From the NCBI GenBank assembly GCA_973895155.1, contig OZ316893.1, positions 17,366,770 to 17,430,769 of the forward strand: a stretch of DNA of 64,000 bases, read 5' to 3'. Position numbers and translations under genes: made by a program. Under the pieces are notes generated by a model, which was not told where the DNA came from, ran no database searches, and saw only the letters and a program-made list of their open reading frames with translations. Shown here one piece after another: positions 1 to 12,764 of the stretch (the stretch's first letter is position 1; the number at the start of each line of letters is the position of its first letter). The stretch is from Marsupella aquatica. Its lineage: Eukaryota > Plantae > Marchantiophyta.

Positions 1-1110
1 CATACAAAGAACCAGACAGTGCTCTGTTCACTAACAAGTACTACTAAGTACTACAATAACAAGTAAAGGTCTGGCCCAAGTATGAGTCTCCAGTGCTCTT
101 AATTTTCAGTAAGAAGTACTATCAGTAACAAGTAAATGTCTGGCCCTATTAGTAACATTGCTCTCCTCAGTAAGAAGTAATATCAAGTAAGATCAGTAAC
201 AAGTAAAGATCTGGCCCAAGTAATACCAGAGCTATCTTCAGTAACAAGTATGTTAAGTACTATATATCAGCAACAAGTAAAGGTCTAGCCCAAGTAATAC
301 CAGCGCTATCTTCAGTAACAAGTACTGTTAAGTACTATATATCAGCAACAAGTAAAGGTCTAGCCCAAGTAATACCAGCGCTGTCTTTACTAATAGTACT
401 ATTAAGTACTATCACTAACAAGTAAAGGTCCAGCCCAAGTAATACCAGCGCTATGTTTACTAATAGTACTATTAAGTACTATCGGTAACAAGTAAAGGTC
501 TGGCCCAAGTAATACCAGCGCTATGTTTACTAATAGTACTATTAAGTACTATCAGTAACTAGTAAAGGTCTGGCCCAAAGTTAATACCAGCGATAGGTTT
601 ACTAATTATAGTACTATTAAGTACTATTAGTAACAAGTAACTTAGGTCTGGCCCAAGTAATACCAGCGCTATCTTTACTAATAGTACTATTAATTAAGTA
701 CTATCAGTAACAAGTAAAGGTCTGGCCCAAGTAATACCAGCTGCGCTATCTTTACTAATACTACTATTAAGTCCTATCAGTAACAGGTAAAGGTCTGGCC
801 CAAGTAATATTTACCAACACTATCTTCAGTAACAAGTACTGCTATGTACTATCAATAACAAGTAACTGGAGGTCTGGCCCAAGTAATACCAACGCTCTCA
901 TCAGTAACAAGTACTGTAAAGTACTATCAGTAACAAATCAATGTCTGGCCCAAGTAGTACTAGTTCTTGTCAGTGACAAGTAGTCTAAGTAGTATTAAGT
1001 ACTATCAGTACTAAGTAGGTACTATTAAGTATTATAAAAAATACCAATATTGCGTAATATATATTAAGTACGTACTACCAGTAACAAGTAAATGACCGAG
1101 TAAGTAATAC
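1..1110. repeat. Tandem minisatellite, ~70-bp unit, ~14 diverged copies, containing the palindrome TAATAGTACTATTA
   Basis: Unit at 421-490 AGTAAAGGTCCAGCCCAAGTAATACCAGCGCTATGTTTACTAATAGTACTATTAAGTACTATCGGTAACA; AACAAGTAAAGGTC recurs every ~70-75 bp; no unique spacers. Confidence 0.95.
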
Positions 1111-1614
1111 AAGTCTAAACCAGTTTTATTGTACATAGTAGTCTTGGTAACAAAGTAGTCCACATGAAAAATAGTCTATATAGCATGTAGCAACATTACG
1201 TGCATTCAAACTAAGACCGGTGTGTACTCAAAACTATAAACCAAACTACCAAGTAGAGAAAGTATCCCTTAGCCAAAACTCCTGGTAGATGTTATCTTGC
1301 AACTTAGTGGCTTCCTGCACAGACAAACAAACAGTCAGCAAAATTTCATGGATTCTCGATGAGAACCCTTATCAATATACCGCAACCTGGAGAACTGAAA
1401 CCTGAAATCTGAAACCTGGAAAACTAAACACTTACATGCAACACCAAATAAATGATCTGAGAAATACACCTGCGTGAAGGCAGTCTGTCTGTAAACGTAC
1501 TTGCTGGCTTCCATATCCCGTAATCCAAAACTTGTAAAATATCTAACTCAGCCTGTATTTAGGCATCTTTGCCAACTACACCAGGAACCACATTAATAGA
1601 GTCTCAAACTTGTA

Positions 1615-4168
1615 TCAAGTTAAATCAAGTTTCTTCTTAGACTCTTTCGCGTTTGGCCTTCCTTTCCCTTTTGCACTACATATAGGTGGCGATACCACAT
1701 CAGACAAATTCATCACTACTAGCCTGCCGTTCATACTAGCAGGGCTATCGTCCACAGTTGCTCTCTCTGCTAATGAAAGGGAGTCATGACGAGTGACAAC
1801 TTTCCTTTGGGGGTCCCCAGTAATCAGATCTTGACTCTTCCTCTTTCTGCCTGGGGCTTTCTTCTCGGGAGTTCCCTCCTTTGATTGGCTATCCACCGAT
1901 GCCACCACACTCCCGTGCTCCACCTTCACTACAAGTTTTGACTGCCCTGAACTTCCAATAGACTGTTTCCTTCGCCCAGGTCGTTTTGTCAGTGGACTTC
2001 CCTCTCCACGTGGTAGATCTAGAGAATCTAGATCTATTACATATTTTGTTGTGGAAGACAATTGAATCAACTGTGCCTTTCGCTTGATGTCTTCAAATGC
2101 AACTTGACTATCCCCCTCCTCCTACAAACACCACATAGAAAACCACCCGGTCACAACAATAGCAATGGTGATGACAACCAAGACATACCTTGATGCTATA
2201 CATGTGCCACACTAGCAAGCCAAGACATACAAAGTAAAAGCATACCACACTAGCTAAATTACCTTGGAATATTTTATAGTCAAAGCCTTCTGCCGGTCTC
2301 TCTCCTTATCTTGCCTGGCCTTCAGCTTTTCACCCCCTCTCTGTACAATTCCCGCAATTGTTTCTCAAAAGACTTTGTCTGACCTCCCAACCCCAACGTT
2401 ACCTCCAATGCAATCAATTTTGGAGATGAATGCGCCAAGCCCCAACTTTGCAACCAATGAGGGTGAAAAATTTCATCACAAGCTACACATCGTGGAGTTT
2501 CACAGTCAGATTTTGACACTAAAGGCACAAGACACGCTGGATGGTAACAATGCCCACATGAGGTGGGAATAAAATTTTGGCAGTGAAATCCCAGGAAACA
2601 CACGGCACATGGAGACATCTTGAACAGATGTTGTCGTAATTGCAGAGCCGTTGGAATGAATTGAGGTTTCAAGGAATGAAACTCCCCCTGAAAATGGTCT
2701 GTAAGTGATTTCTTCTCAGCCTCGCAACATTCCAAACTCTGATCATCGCCCTGTTGCCTAGTTGTCAGATCCTTGAGTCTTTGCAGACCTTTCTCCTTCT
2801 GTGTACTTGCCCAACTTGCCGAAACTCCCAACGCCTCAACTTCTACGTTAGCATCAGCGAAGCTTGTTTGCAGCATTTGAACCTGTGCCAAAATTAATCG
2901 TCATAGTTTAGAACAAATCATGGTAATATTCACAGGTAACCTTGATGGCAATGTGGGAGTAAAGACTTCTAAATATGATATCATTCCGGCAAAAATCAGG
3001 ACATCTCCTCAACTATGATTTACATCCATTGAAATACGGTCTACTACCAGAATGTAAGGAATGGTACCTCAGACTCAATTTTGACCAGTTCTTTTGTGAG
3101 ATCATTGTCCTGTTGCTCTAATTCCTGCACCTGCTCCTGAGCATGATGGTCCTACACATCCCCAAAATCATGTTGTTAGTATCTGCTGTAATTACAGCAA
3201 GAACAGATTCTAACAGTTGTGAAAGAAATTCATAATGCAACACTCTTATCTACCTGTTCATCCATGGCTGCTTTGCAGTCGTCAAGCTCCATTGCAACGG
3301 CCTCCTTCTTGTCCAAAACAATTTGCAGCTCTCTTTCCCTCGCATCTAAATTGGCCTGTTGAGTAGGAATATGAGCTTCAACCTGCTCAATATTCTTTTG
3401 ATTTTCTTCCACCAACTGTGCATGCTTCTCAACCACCTGGGTGACCTCTTTAATACTTTCCAAAAATTTCAGACAATGAACTTTCAGGGATTCAATGTCA
3501 CTATCCAAGCAATCCAACATGACACAAACAAAAGTTCCTGGCTGAAGTTCATACTTCTCAGTAGTTTCTGTAGGGACCTTGGCGGTACATACAGATGAGA
3601 AAATAGTACTTCTCAGGGATGCGATAGATGTGGTTGCTGGAGCAGATGGGGGCTCCTCTGTTGTCATTGCAGGAGCAATCTTCTTGTCCTCCTGCCCAGC
3701 TGTAGCTTCAACGCGTTCCAGACTACATTGACTCGGCTGCTTGTAAACACTATCTGGCCTTACAATCGGCGGACCAAATGGTCTTGGTTTCTTGTCCGTG
3801 AAGGCTTTGTGAATCTGATTCTTATGCTTGATATCAGCAAAAGAAGCCCAATTCACAGGTTTCCGGAGAACAAAATGAGCATACAGACCCTTTATTAAAG
3901 TCTTGCCCAACATCCCATTCAAAGGGCTACTTTCGTGCCCATCCAAAACCTGCATCAAATGCACTATTTCCTCATGCGGAATGCCTGTGCAAGTACTCAA
4001 GTGAGCGCCGTTATGGGATAACGCTCCAAAACACTTCTGGTGGATTGCATGATTGAGGACTACCATTTTTCTCCTTTTTTCTCCACAAAAAGGACTCGAG
4101 TCCTTGCCATTTTGCATTAAATGTGAAACATATCCCTCAATGGCCAAGATTGAGGATACGTATATCAA
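1615..4168 (-). pseudogene. Multi-exon gene: plant-mobile-like N-terminal domain + coiled coil + RING-H2 finger + basic tail (paralog A)
   Basis: ORF 3230-4168 (FGALSHNG..C..LIKGLYA..PVNW, then coiled coil); small exon ~3070-3150 bounded by AG/GT; ORF 2322-2891 with CAVC..CGHCYHPAC..CVAC..WLQSWG (C3H2C3); last exon ~1615-2121; apparent frameshift in G-run near 2335. Confidence 0.8.
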
Positions 4169-5249
4169 AGGCTAGATTTGAACTGGTGAACTGATTCCAT
4201 TAAATGAACTTTTTTGGATTTAGTAGGACCCTAGTAAAGCTTGCACTCGTATCCTCATATAGAGTACTTATGATGTGTTTAATGTCCTCAAGGCGAGTAG
4301 CCATCGTTTACTTTTCAAAAAAAGGACTCGAAAGTCTTGGAAACCTACAATAAATGTCCTCGCAATCCCCGCCGGCCAGGACATTTTGAAAACAAGGACT
4401 CCAAGTCCTTCCAACTTTGGCGCGATAGTCTCAACAGTAGTAAGGACTCGAGGACAAAGGAGTATTATTGAGAGTTTTATGCTTGAGCTATCAAATTTTG
4501 CAAAGTGTTTCATGGTGGACACCAAGCAGCTTGAGGTCCATAGCCAAAATCAGTAGTGTTCGAGTGTTGGGGCAGGAAGAGAGAGCGACAAGAATTGCAA
4601 ACGAGTAGGTATTTTGTTGCGCATTGCAAGATTGTCCATGTCGGCCCGGCCCATTCAAACCATTGAGATAATTACAGCCCGAGAGCTCTCGTCACAGCAG
4701 AGTTTATTGGCAACAAAGGGAAGCTAGTGGAGGACGACCAACTTACTTTTGGAAGCGATTTCATTGTTTTTTTCAAATCTGAGCACTTTGACGGGTTGCT
4801 GACATAGGTTTGGTTTGCACATGATGATCAAACTCTCAAAAATGATGGCTAGCATTCTTTCGATTCCTTAGCTGACTTTTTGATAGACCGTCGTATGTAC
4901 CCCTATCTGTTCGCATGCTATTAACATGGGATTATCCGTCAGCTGCATTGGTTGGAGTAATGCAACCTTCTAATTCCATTGTGTAATGCATGTAGGCCGA
5001 GCGGGCGGTTTGTTTGAAGCCAGCGGAGGAAATTTTACCCGAGTCATTGGTGATTGAATCCAACCAACTTCCATTTTCAATCCGCAGCAGTCCTGAGGTA
5101 ATAATGTAGGTGTTGGCCCGATACGCTTGCTTATACTTTGAGTTTTCACCACAACTTTCCTCTGTACTAGCGTATTTTTGAATGTCGTCATGGATGCCTC
5201 AACTGATAATCCATAAGCTCCTAGAACTTCTACTCTTGAGCTAGGAGAA

Positions 5250-7678
5250 ATGGAGATAGGTACAATCCCAGACCCTGTTCTCCCTCGTAGCAGTAGAGTC
5301 CCGTCCACTAGCAAACCAACCACGTATGCCTCCCAAGCTACAGATTGTGCTTCTCCTGACTCTCCAGCTCTTGTAGAGAGTATCAAAACTGCAAAACCAA
5401 AGACTAAGGTGGAGCCGCCTCTAGAGCCATGGGATCCTAAAGATTATGTGAAGGACACAGAGTATTTCCATGTCACATTTGGTCTTCCAAATGAAGGTGT
5501 TAATCCTCATAAGATCAAAGACATTTCCAAGGAGCAATTGGCCGAAGTGTTTGGAGAGAAAGACAGGAATGGGTATAAGTTGAGTCTCTGTGTGGGCCTG
5601 CCAATTGAGGAGGTTTTGCAGCTATCCCAAGTCGTGGATGGTTATGATGCACCAGTGAATGGATTCTTGTCTTTCACTTTCATCAAAGGGGCATATGCAA
5701 AAAGGATCCAAAGGCGAAAGGTGGACTGGTGTGTGTATGCGGTGTCGAAGCTGAAGGGGCAAATTGCCCAATGGGAGCGAGATGGCAAGGGTAAGCCAGA
5801 TGGGCCTCCTTGCATTAGGAGGTTGCGTCTGTATTCACCACCAGTGCCTCAGGAATTTAGTGAAGATACTCAGAATCAAAAAGATTTGTATCAAGCATCA
5901 AGCGCCAGGGGACAAAGCTCATCCGGGGACAACCGATTCAGGAGCGGATTTTGGTAGCAAGGGAAGCGCACACGAGAGCGCACATCCCAAACCATTGGAG
6001 GCTGCCCTTTCTGCCCCTGCAACAACGCTTCTCCCTACCAAGCCTATTTCTCCTGTTGTCCCTATAGTGCCAAGAAGTCTTTTGCTTGCTATTCTGGATG
6101 GGCAAATAGTCACGATCAAATGCAGTCTTAGAGACACCCATGAGAGCATCAGTAAGGTTCAGAAGACTGTGCAAGACTTGGAGGCAGCAAACGAGGATCA
6201 TCCAAGACTCAGCTCTGGTCTGGTGGACCAACTTCAGAAACTACAGCAAGAATTGCAAGATGTGAGAATCAAAGTGAAGGCCGCAGACACCTTGTATGAT
6301 GACATGTCAACGGAAATAGAGCTTGAGGAGCTCAAGGGAGAGCAAGATGAGGAGGTACAATGTCAGACCATATATATACCTGTCCCTGTGTCCATCAAAC
6401 TATCTGTAGGCTGGATATATATGTTTAGTTGAGATGTTGGATTCAATTTAGCAGGACGAGGCATTGATGCATTGACGATGAGCTGCAAATAACGTTGTCG
6501 TGTGCATATTTTTTGGGGGTGGGCAGGAAAGCTATGTTGTTATCCTGCAACAGAAGTTGGAGGAGGGTAACAAGGCCATGGAGGCTTTGAAGGAATCTGA
6601 GTCATTTATCCTAAAGGGGATGGCTACATTTGAGAAGCTCATTGAGACCAGGAAGAAGCGCTTTGAACAGTTACCACACAAGGTGGCTCATTTGAAAGTT
6701 GTGGAATCACAGTTGGAAGGACATGTGAAGCGTTTGGAGTTGGCTGCAGCAGCTCAAAAGGCCGAATTGTCCATTTTGAAGCCTGTGTTGTCCAATCCAT
6801 GTCCAACCTTGCAGCCTCGATTTGTTCCCACATCAACTGCGATAGTGGGAACTGAAGTGTTCATGAGTAATTGTCCAGTTTGTTGCCACGGGTATCATTG
6901 TTTCAATTGGGTTCCAGCAAGTTGTGGCCACGCCTATCATCCGCATTGTTTATTTACCTTGTTGGGGGATAAAACAAGGACAAGTTGTTGCTTTGCTTGT
7001 GGGGAACCCTTTTGTGAAGATTGGATTCGAAGTTGGGGTCTTCCAAAGAGAGCGGTAGACAAGCTGCCGTTAGGTGAAGGCTCCTATATTCAGGATTTGA
7101 AGGCAACATATGGGGCTAACAGTGCCCAATTGGGCACACGTCGTCACCTTTTGCAACAGATGCAGTCCACGCAAGCAGTGGTATGTGTATAACCAGACTA
7201 GGCCTGCAGGTCATGTTTAGGTAGTTGGACAGTTTGAGTTTTTAGTTGGGCCATTAAGTGAATGTCGTCATTGTGTGTGCAGGAACAAGCCAAGGTCCAA
7301 ACAACTGTGTTGTTGAACAATGTGGACCACACTAGTGTGGTGCATGAACAGGGTGCGCCTGTGGATGAGTCTCCTGAATTGCTAGTGTTCAATTCCACAG
7401 CAGCCATCGGAGTGCATGTGAGGAAGAAACAGAAGCAAGAGAGTGAAGTAGCTAGCAAGGTGACCAGTACCCCATTGACATCTCTTGAGCTTGGCACCTT
7501 GCCCTTCACTCCTGAGTCTCTCTCTCATGTTTCATTCACGCAACTGTTGAGCCTTGTTCAAACTGAAGCAGGAGAAACATCTCCTCCACAGTCCAGGAGT
7601 GCAATCCAATCCCAAGTTGTTCCTCCCAAGTCATCAAACTCCAGGAAAAGATTGCAACCTCTTGTGAGAGACCCGTAG
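5250..7678 (+). pseudogene. Multi-exon gene: plant-mobile-like domain + coiled coil + RING-H2 finger (paralog B, divergent from paralog A)
   Basis: ORFs 5250-5957 (FGLPNEG..FGEKDRNGY..C..FIKGAYA..KVDW), 5764-6432 (frameshift ~5900), 6500-7192 with CPVC..CGHAYHPHC..CFAC..WIRSWG, and 7262-7678; GT..AG introns ~6355-6526 and ~7181-7282. Confidence 0.82.
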
Positions 7679-7889
7679 CAAAAGGAAGAAGGTTTTTCTC
7701 TGGGTGCTGTAAACTGAATAATATAGAAAATCGTCTTATGTGCAGCAAACTAAATCAGGGCGGAAAACAAGAGCCACTACTGTGAACTAGTTGTAGAGAT
7801 CAAGCAGGTAACTATGGGTTTCCTACCTTGTGATGTTCTTTTGTCCTTTATTTGTTTGCCTTTGGTTGTCATTATGGTTTGTCACACTA

Positions 7890-8235
7890 GCAGGACTCGG
7901 ACAATAAGGGCCAAGGAGTTCAAGTCCTTCTTAAGGACTTTCAGTTCTCGCTTGAGCACTTGAAGTCCTTATTGGAGTCGTGGGGCAAGGACTTGGAGTC
8001 CTTCGGCCATGACTAGGACTTGGAGTCCTTGGGCAGAGTCCTTGGGAAAGGACTAGTAGTCATTGGGCAAGGACCCGGAGTCCTCCCGAGTCCTTGGGCA
8101 AGGACAGGAGTCCTTGGGCAAGGACTCTTAGTCCGTCGACAAGAACACTGAGTCCTAAGTGGCTAAGTCCTTCGGTAAGGACTCTAAGGATTTACCAAGG
8201 ACTTGGAGTGAGGAAGGACTTGAAGTCCTTGGGAA
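7890..8235. repeat. Degenerate AAGGACT-N-AGTCCTT palindromic repeat cluster (same motif also at ~4090-4460, 12765-14070 and ~16830-16980)
   Basis: Many AAGGACT / AGTCCTT inverted pairs, e.g. CAAGGACTTGGAGTCCTT, AAGGACCCGGAGTCCT. Confidence 0.85.
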
Positions 8236-8344
8236 ATCCTTGCAAAAGTCTGTGGAGTGAGAAAGTGCAAGAGTCTTTGGTTAGTTTGTTTGATTCAAAT
8301 TGTTGAATTCTTGATTTTGAGAATGAGGTGCTTCAGTTTTGCAG

Positions 8345-8926
8345 ATGGAGAAGCTTAGCCTATATGATACTCTCCATGAGGTCAGGATTGATCAGATATG
8401 GGGTCTATGTGCTGGAGCCTTTACTTATGAAGGCTGTGGGGGAGTTTTGAGTGACGGCCGTCCCTGCACCTTGGGAAAGCACAAACGGAGGTTGAGAATG
8501 CAGAATCCCGAGTCACCTTTAGGTCCTCGATCACGCAACAAACTCCAGCACTCTTGTTCTAGGGATGGGGAAGGAACATATATGTACTGTTTTGCTGTGC
8601 AGGTTGGCGATGTGGTGCTTCAAGTGAATGAAGCTAATGGTCTGCAGTTGATGGGGATCTCGGGCCAGGACTATAGGGATTCTGATGATGAGAGGAGAGA
8701 TGAGATCAGGGATCAGGTTTTGGCAAGGACTTGGATCATCAGGTATGTCAAGGGTGACAAGGGAGGAGATCTGCCTCGAGCATTGTACTTTGAAGAAATC
8801 AAAGTCGAGGCTCCAGCAGACGAGTTGTCTGTGGCCGAAGTTGGCCTTAGCAAGCTTAAGAATATTGTTGCTGACCTAGGGTCAGACATACTGGAGACAT
8901 TCAGGTCTTTTAGCATCAAAAAGTAG
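8345..8926 (+). CDS. Stand-alone RPA70 C-terminal OB-fold/Zn-ribbon-like protein (Rep_fac-A_C-like)
   Basis: FTYEGCGGVLSDGRPC...HSC...YMYCFAVQVGD...EANGLQLMGISGQD...DDERRDEIRDQVL resembles the RPA70 DBD-C pattern (YxAC..C..C..C..Y.L.v.i.D..E.G..imG.sa.e); open frame; splice acceptor TTTTGCAG immediately before the ATG. Confidence 0.6.
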   Translation: MEKLSLYDTLHEVRIDQIWGLCAGAFTYEGCGGVLSDGRPCTLGKHKRRLRMQNPESPLGPRSRNKLQHSCSRDGEGTYMYCFAVQVGDVVLQVNEANGLQLMGISGQDYRDSDDERRDEIRDQVLARTWIIRYVKGDKGGDLPRALYFEEIKVEAPADELSVAEVGLSKLKNIVADLGSDILETFRSFSIKK

Positions 8927-11900
8927 GCAGTCAAACTATACAAGAGGAAGGGTTTCGGATGGCTGGGTTAAATCATCTGGTTTTGGATGATACTTTGTTA
9001 GGGATTGAGGCCTTGGGAGCCTCTTTTTCATTGTAAGACTTTTTCTTACCAACTATGTATTCATCTCAGAATTTGGTGCCTGGTTACAATTTACAGAGTT
9101 TGAAGAAAATCGCACATGTTATTCATGCCCACATTCATGTCTATTTTAATTGAGTGGTTTGGTCACGAAAGCTCCATACATTTCGTCTTTTGTTTCCACT
9201 AGGATCCTGTCTACGTGTGGGTGCTGCAAATTCCTTGCGGGATAATGTCTGGCTTCAACATGGGACACTTCTCCAGACCCGCTTTACTTTGAACTACTGG
9301 CAAAGTGCATTATTATGGTTTATGTGATTTTTTTCTATTGTTCTTAAATAGTCATGGCAAGCAACAGAACCATGCGGGTGTCCCCAACGTGATCAAAATT
9401 ATTGCCCCGCCGGTGAAATATTGAATATGTAATATTGAGTACATGCGAAAATGATAATTTAACTCTCTCAATTGAGAGACAAAGTGCCTCAAACCCAATA
9501 AAACTCCCACAGGGATAGATATTCAATATTGTCCTAGTAAAGCCCCTTCAGGGTCGGACAAGTAGAATGGGAAACCATGGAAAGAACCTGAAGATATCAA
9601 GTATTTAGGCGACAAGGAATCTGTTCATGGATATGGATGGATTTAGCATTTGTGCTACGTAAGCACTTTTCTGCAATTTTATTGAGGCACTTTAGCTACT
9701 CATAAAAAGTCTTAAAAATTGTTAGCATAGAGATTGTAGATAGTAGAAGCCACGGCTTAAGATTCACCACTTTTGGAGTTTATGATTAGAAGTGAAAAAT
9801 AGTCAAAGATGATAGATTTGTATGTTTTGTCAAAAAAGTATAATGACACTTAGTCATTCCGACACTTTTGAGGGACACTACCATTACAGCAGTACTTACA
9901 CAATGTTACTGGTTCTGCCTGACGGGTTGTGACCAACCATTGTTGATGCTAAAATGAAATGAAGGTGAAAAATAAGTCAATGCGCGCCTTACATTAAATC
10001 GATCTCTGAACAATTTTACAGTTCCATAAAAACCAGCCTTGCCTACGAGACAGAATTCTTGGAAATCTTCATGTAAGACAAAACTAGACTCACCTACAAG
10101 ACTGAAACTTTGGATATCCTCATCACACACATCTAGAACCTACAGAACCTGCACCTGCAGCGAGTCTTACAGAACCTACACCTGCAGCGAGTCATAAATG
10201 GCTTCTATAGTGTCTGAGCCTAGTGTGTAAAATCTAGCACCTCGTCCCTTGCCTCCCTTGGGCACGTCACATGGTGTCAAACCAAATTGAATGTGAATGA
10301 CTTCCCCTAGGTGGCAGTAGCTGAAAGGAGAAGCAGAATTGAAGACAAACTTGTTTTCTGATCCTGGATATGGTTGGAACCACCTCCCCTTTAAGGCCAT
10401 GTCCCCTGCCTTGAATTGTACCTGGTACCCATCAGCAAAACTCTTTGTGACTGTGTGGAGCACCTCTTCACACTGATAAATGTAGAAATCTACATTATCT
10501 TGACTCGGTTGACAAGCACGACATGCATAGAAGTCTCCCAATTGGACACATTCTGGCAGAGAGATGTTGTCAAGCAGTCCTTCACCCTCTCCCATGTTCT
10601 GTACATTAGGTCTGACATCTGCCTGTAATACCCCTTTGACCATCTCTAGGCGATACTTGCCTACCCATTCCTTGTTCTCACAATTCATTGGATCATCATC
10701 AACACAAGCTACACAAAAACAACTGAGCTCTCGAACTTGCAACAATGTTGACAAACTCTTACTAAATGCATCAAAGCAGTGCAAAGATCTACAATCCTTG
10801 ATTGGATCACAATCCCACTTCTTCCTTCTGTTTACAGTGCCAACTGGAATTTCCCAAAAAACACGTCGAACGAGTTGCACATCACCATACTCTTGCAATT
10901 GACCAACGGCAAACTTGTCTTTGCAAAACTTCACCACATCTGATGCACCCTCTAGACGATGACCATTGATGCCTTTCAGTTGCTCAGTTGCAAGCCCGGT
11001 CTTGATGTGACCTCCGAGAGCATCCTATTACAGCATACCAGAAACACAAATTAGAAGTCTCTTAGGTGTGCAAGTCTGGACATCCAACTCCATTAGAAAC
11101 TTACTACACTTCAGTTGAAAGGCGAGTATTCACAGAATTGGTTGCAAAGTGTGTTCAAAAGATACTCACAGCAACACCCTTCCCATGGCCAGAGGCATGG
11201 AAGAACCATTTCATCCGTGCACCAAACCTCGAGTAGTACCTACTGACGTAATAAAATGGTCTGTAGGCCTTGAACTGAGAGGCAGCCCCATCAGACCAAA
11301 CCCAATGTTGATCAACATGAATGCCCTGATCATCCATCCACTCCCAATGTGCATCCATGCAATGTTGCACAAAAAGAGTGTCATGACAGTTATCGTCACT
11401 AATGTAGAAATGGTAATCGGCTATAATATCACGAGTCCTATCAGCATTTTGTGCTGCTTGCACAGGCCTACCCACTGCAGCTTCAAATGAATCGGCATCT
11501 TCCCTATGTCTATAGGTAACATGGATTAACAATGTCACTTGCTTATTGTCCCAATGTTGACTCTGAATCTCATTTTGAGGCAAAAAGTGTAATTTTCTGA
11601 AAAATCTATTGAAGAAACAATTGTCCCTCTTGGAAATGTTTTGAGACATTGTCTAAATTGTTGCAACTGCCAATGTGCTCGAAAGTTATGCACAATAAAT
11701 GTTTTCATGGTATCCAACACCGCCCTCTTAAAATCTACCATGGGAGTTTTCTTATAAACCATCCTCAATTGCCTAGCCTTCTTTGTTGCGCTCTCTTTAG
11801 ACCCTTTCTTTTTCTCTCTCTTTTGTTGGGCAGTGTCATCCAGGTCATGATATTCAAACGACTGCCAATCAATCATTTGTTTCTGTGCAGGGTCCAACTC

Positions 11901-12409
11901 CTGAGTGCACCAATCCAACTTCTCTACTCCACATTTGTCACATTCACCTATAATACAGGCTTTTTGGTGCCACTCGTTCTCAGGCAATCTAGGACAGAGA
12001 GCTTCCTCTATCCAGCCACGAACTGAGGTTATGGACTTTGTAGATGCCATACAAGAAGAAATGGGTACAACACCTAAGGGTCTACAGATATCACATTCAC
12101 AAGGACAGTCCTTATTGTGCTGGTGCCACCTAAATTTGTTAATTGCCTCTTTCAGTAAGTCCATCTCCACATGTTGTTTGCAGCAACAAACATTTCGGTC
12201 CTTCATCTTGCAAACATAATATGGCTTGAAGTATATGAATGATCACATCCCTACAGACACCCCATTCTGCTCCCTTGTGCACCAGTCACGAAATGCTGAA
12301 TAGAATTGATATTGTAAACATACAGGAGAGTTTTATTAGAAATACTATAGCAAATAGACACCCTCAAATGTGCAGCCATAAAAATCCCTAGATATCTGGG
12401 TACTACTTA

Positions 12410-12747
12410 TCAATCTATTCATTAAAAGTGAATTATTATTCAATTTATGAACATTTGGGCAATAAAAAATGTACATTTGGCTTTCAAAAAGTGTACAATT
12501 AGGCAAGAAACAGAGTTGATGGCCATCAGATATATCACCATGTTCATCCTTTGTAAATGAACTAGGATGAGACTCCTAGTCAAGATCATTTTTGTCACCT
12601 CAAGTTTACAATTGATCATTTAGGTGTAGAGTATTATACCATAGTGTACCTTTTGGGTTTAAAAAGTGTACATTTAGAGATCAAAAAGTGAACATTTAGA
12701 GGCCTAAAAGTGAACAAAATAAAATACATTTTTAATGAATAGGGTGA
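12410..12747. mobile_element. 338-bp MITE-like insertion in the transposase intron
   Basis: Terminal inverted repeats TCAATCTATTCATTAAAAGTG / CATTTTTAATGAATAGGGTGA; flanking direct repeat TACTTA at 12404-12409 and 12748-12753 (alternatively 4-bp ACTT); internal AAAGTGTACATTT repeats. Confidence 0.75.
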
Positions 12748-12764
12748 TACTTACTTTTAGACTG

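Noticed and set aside
1-1110. CRISPR-like array
   Set aside because: The whole unit is repeated with no unique spacers; eukaryotic context; no cas genes
8345-8926. Helitron as the carrier of the RPA-like gene
   Set aside because: No Rep/helicase and no convincing hairpin-CTRR end seen nearby
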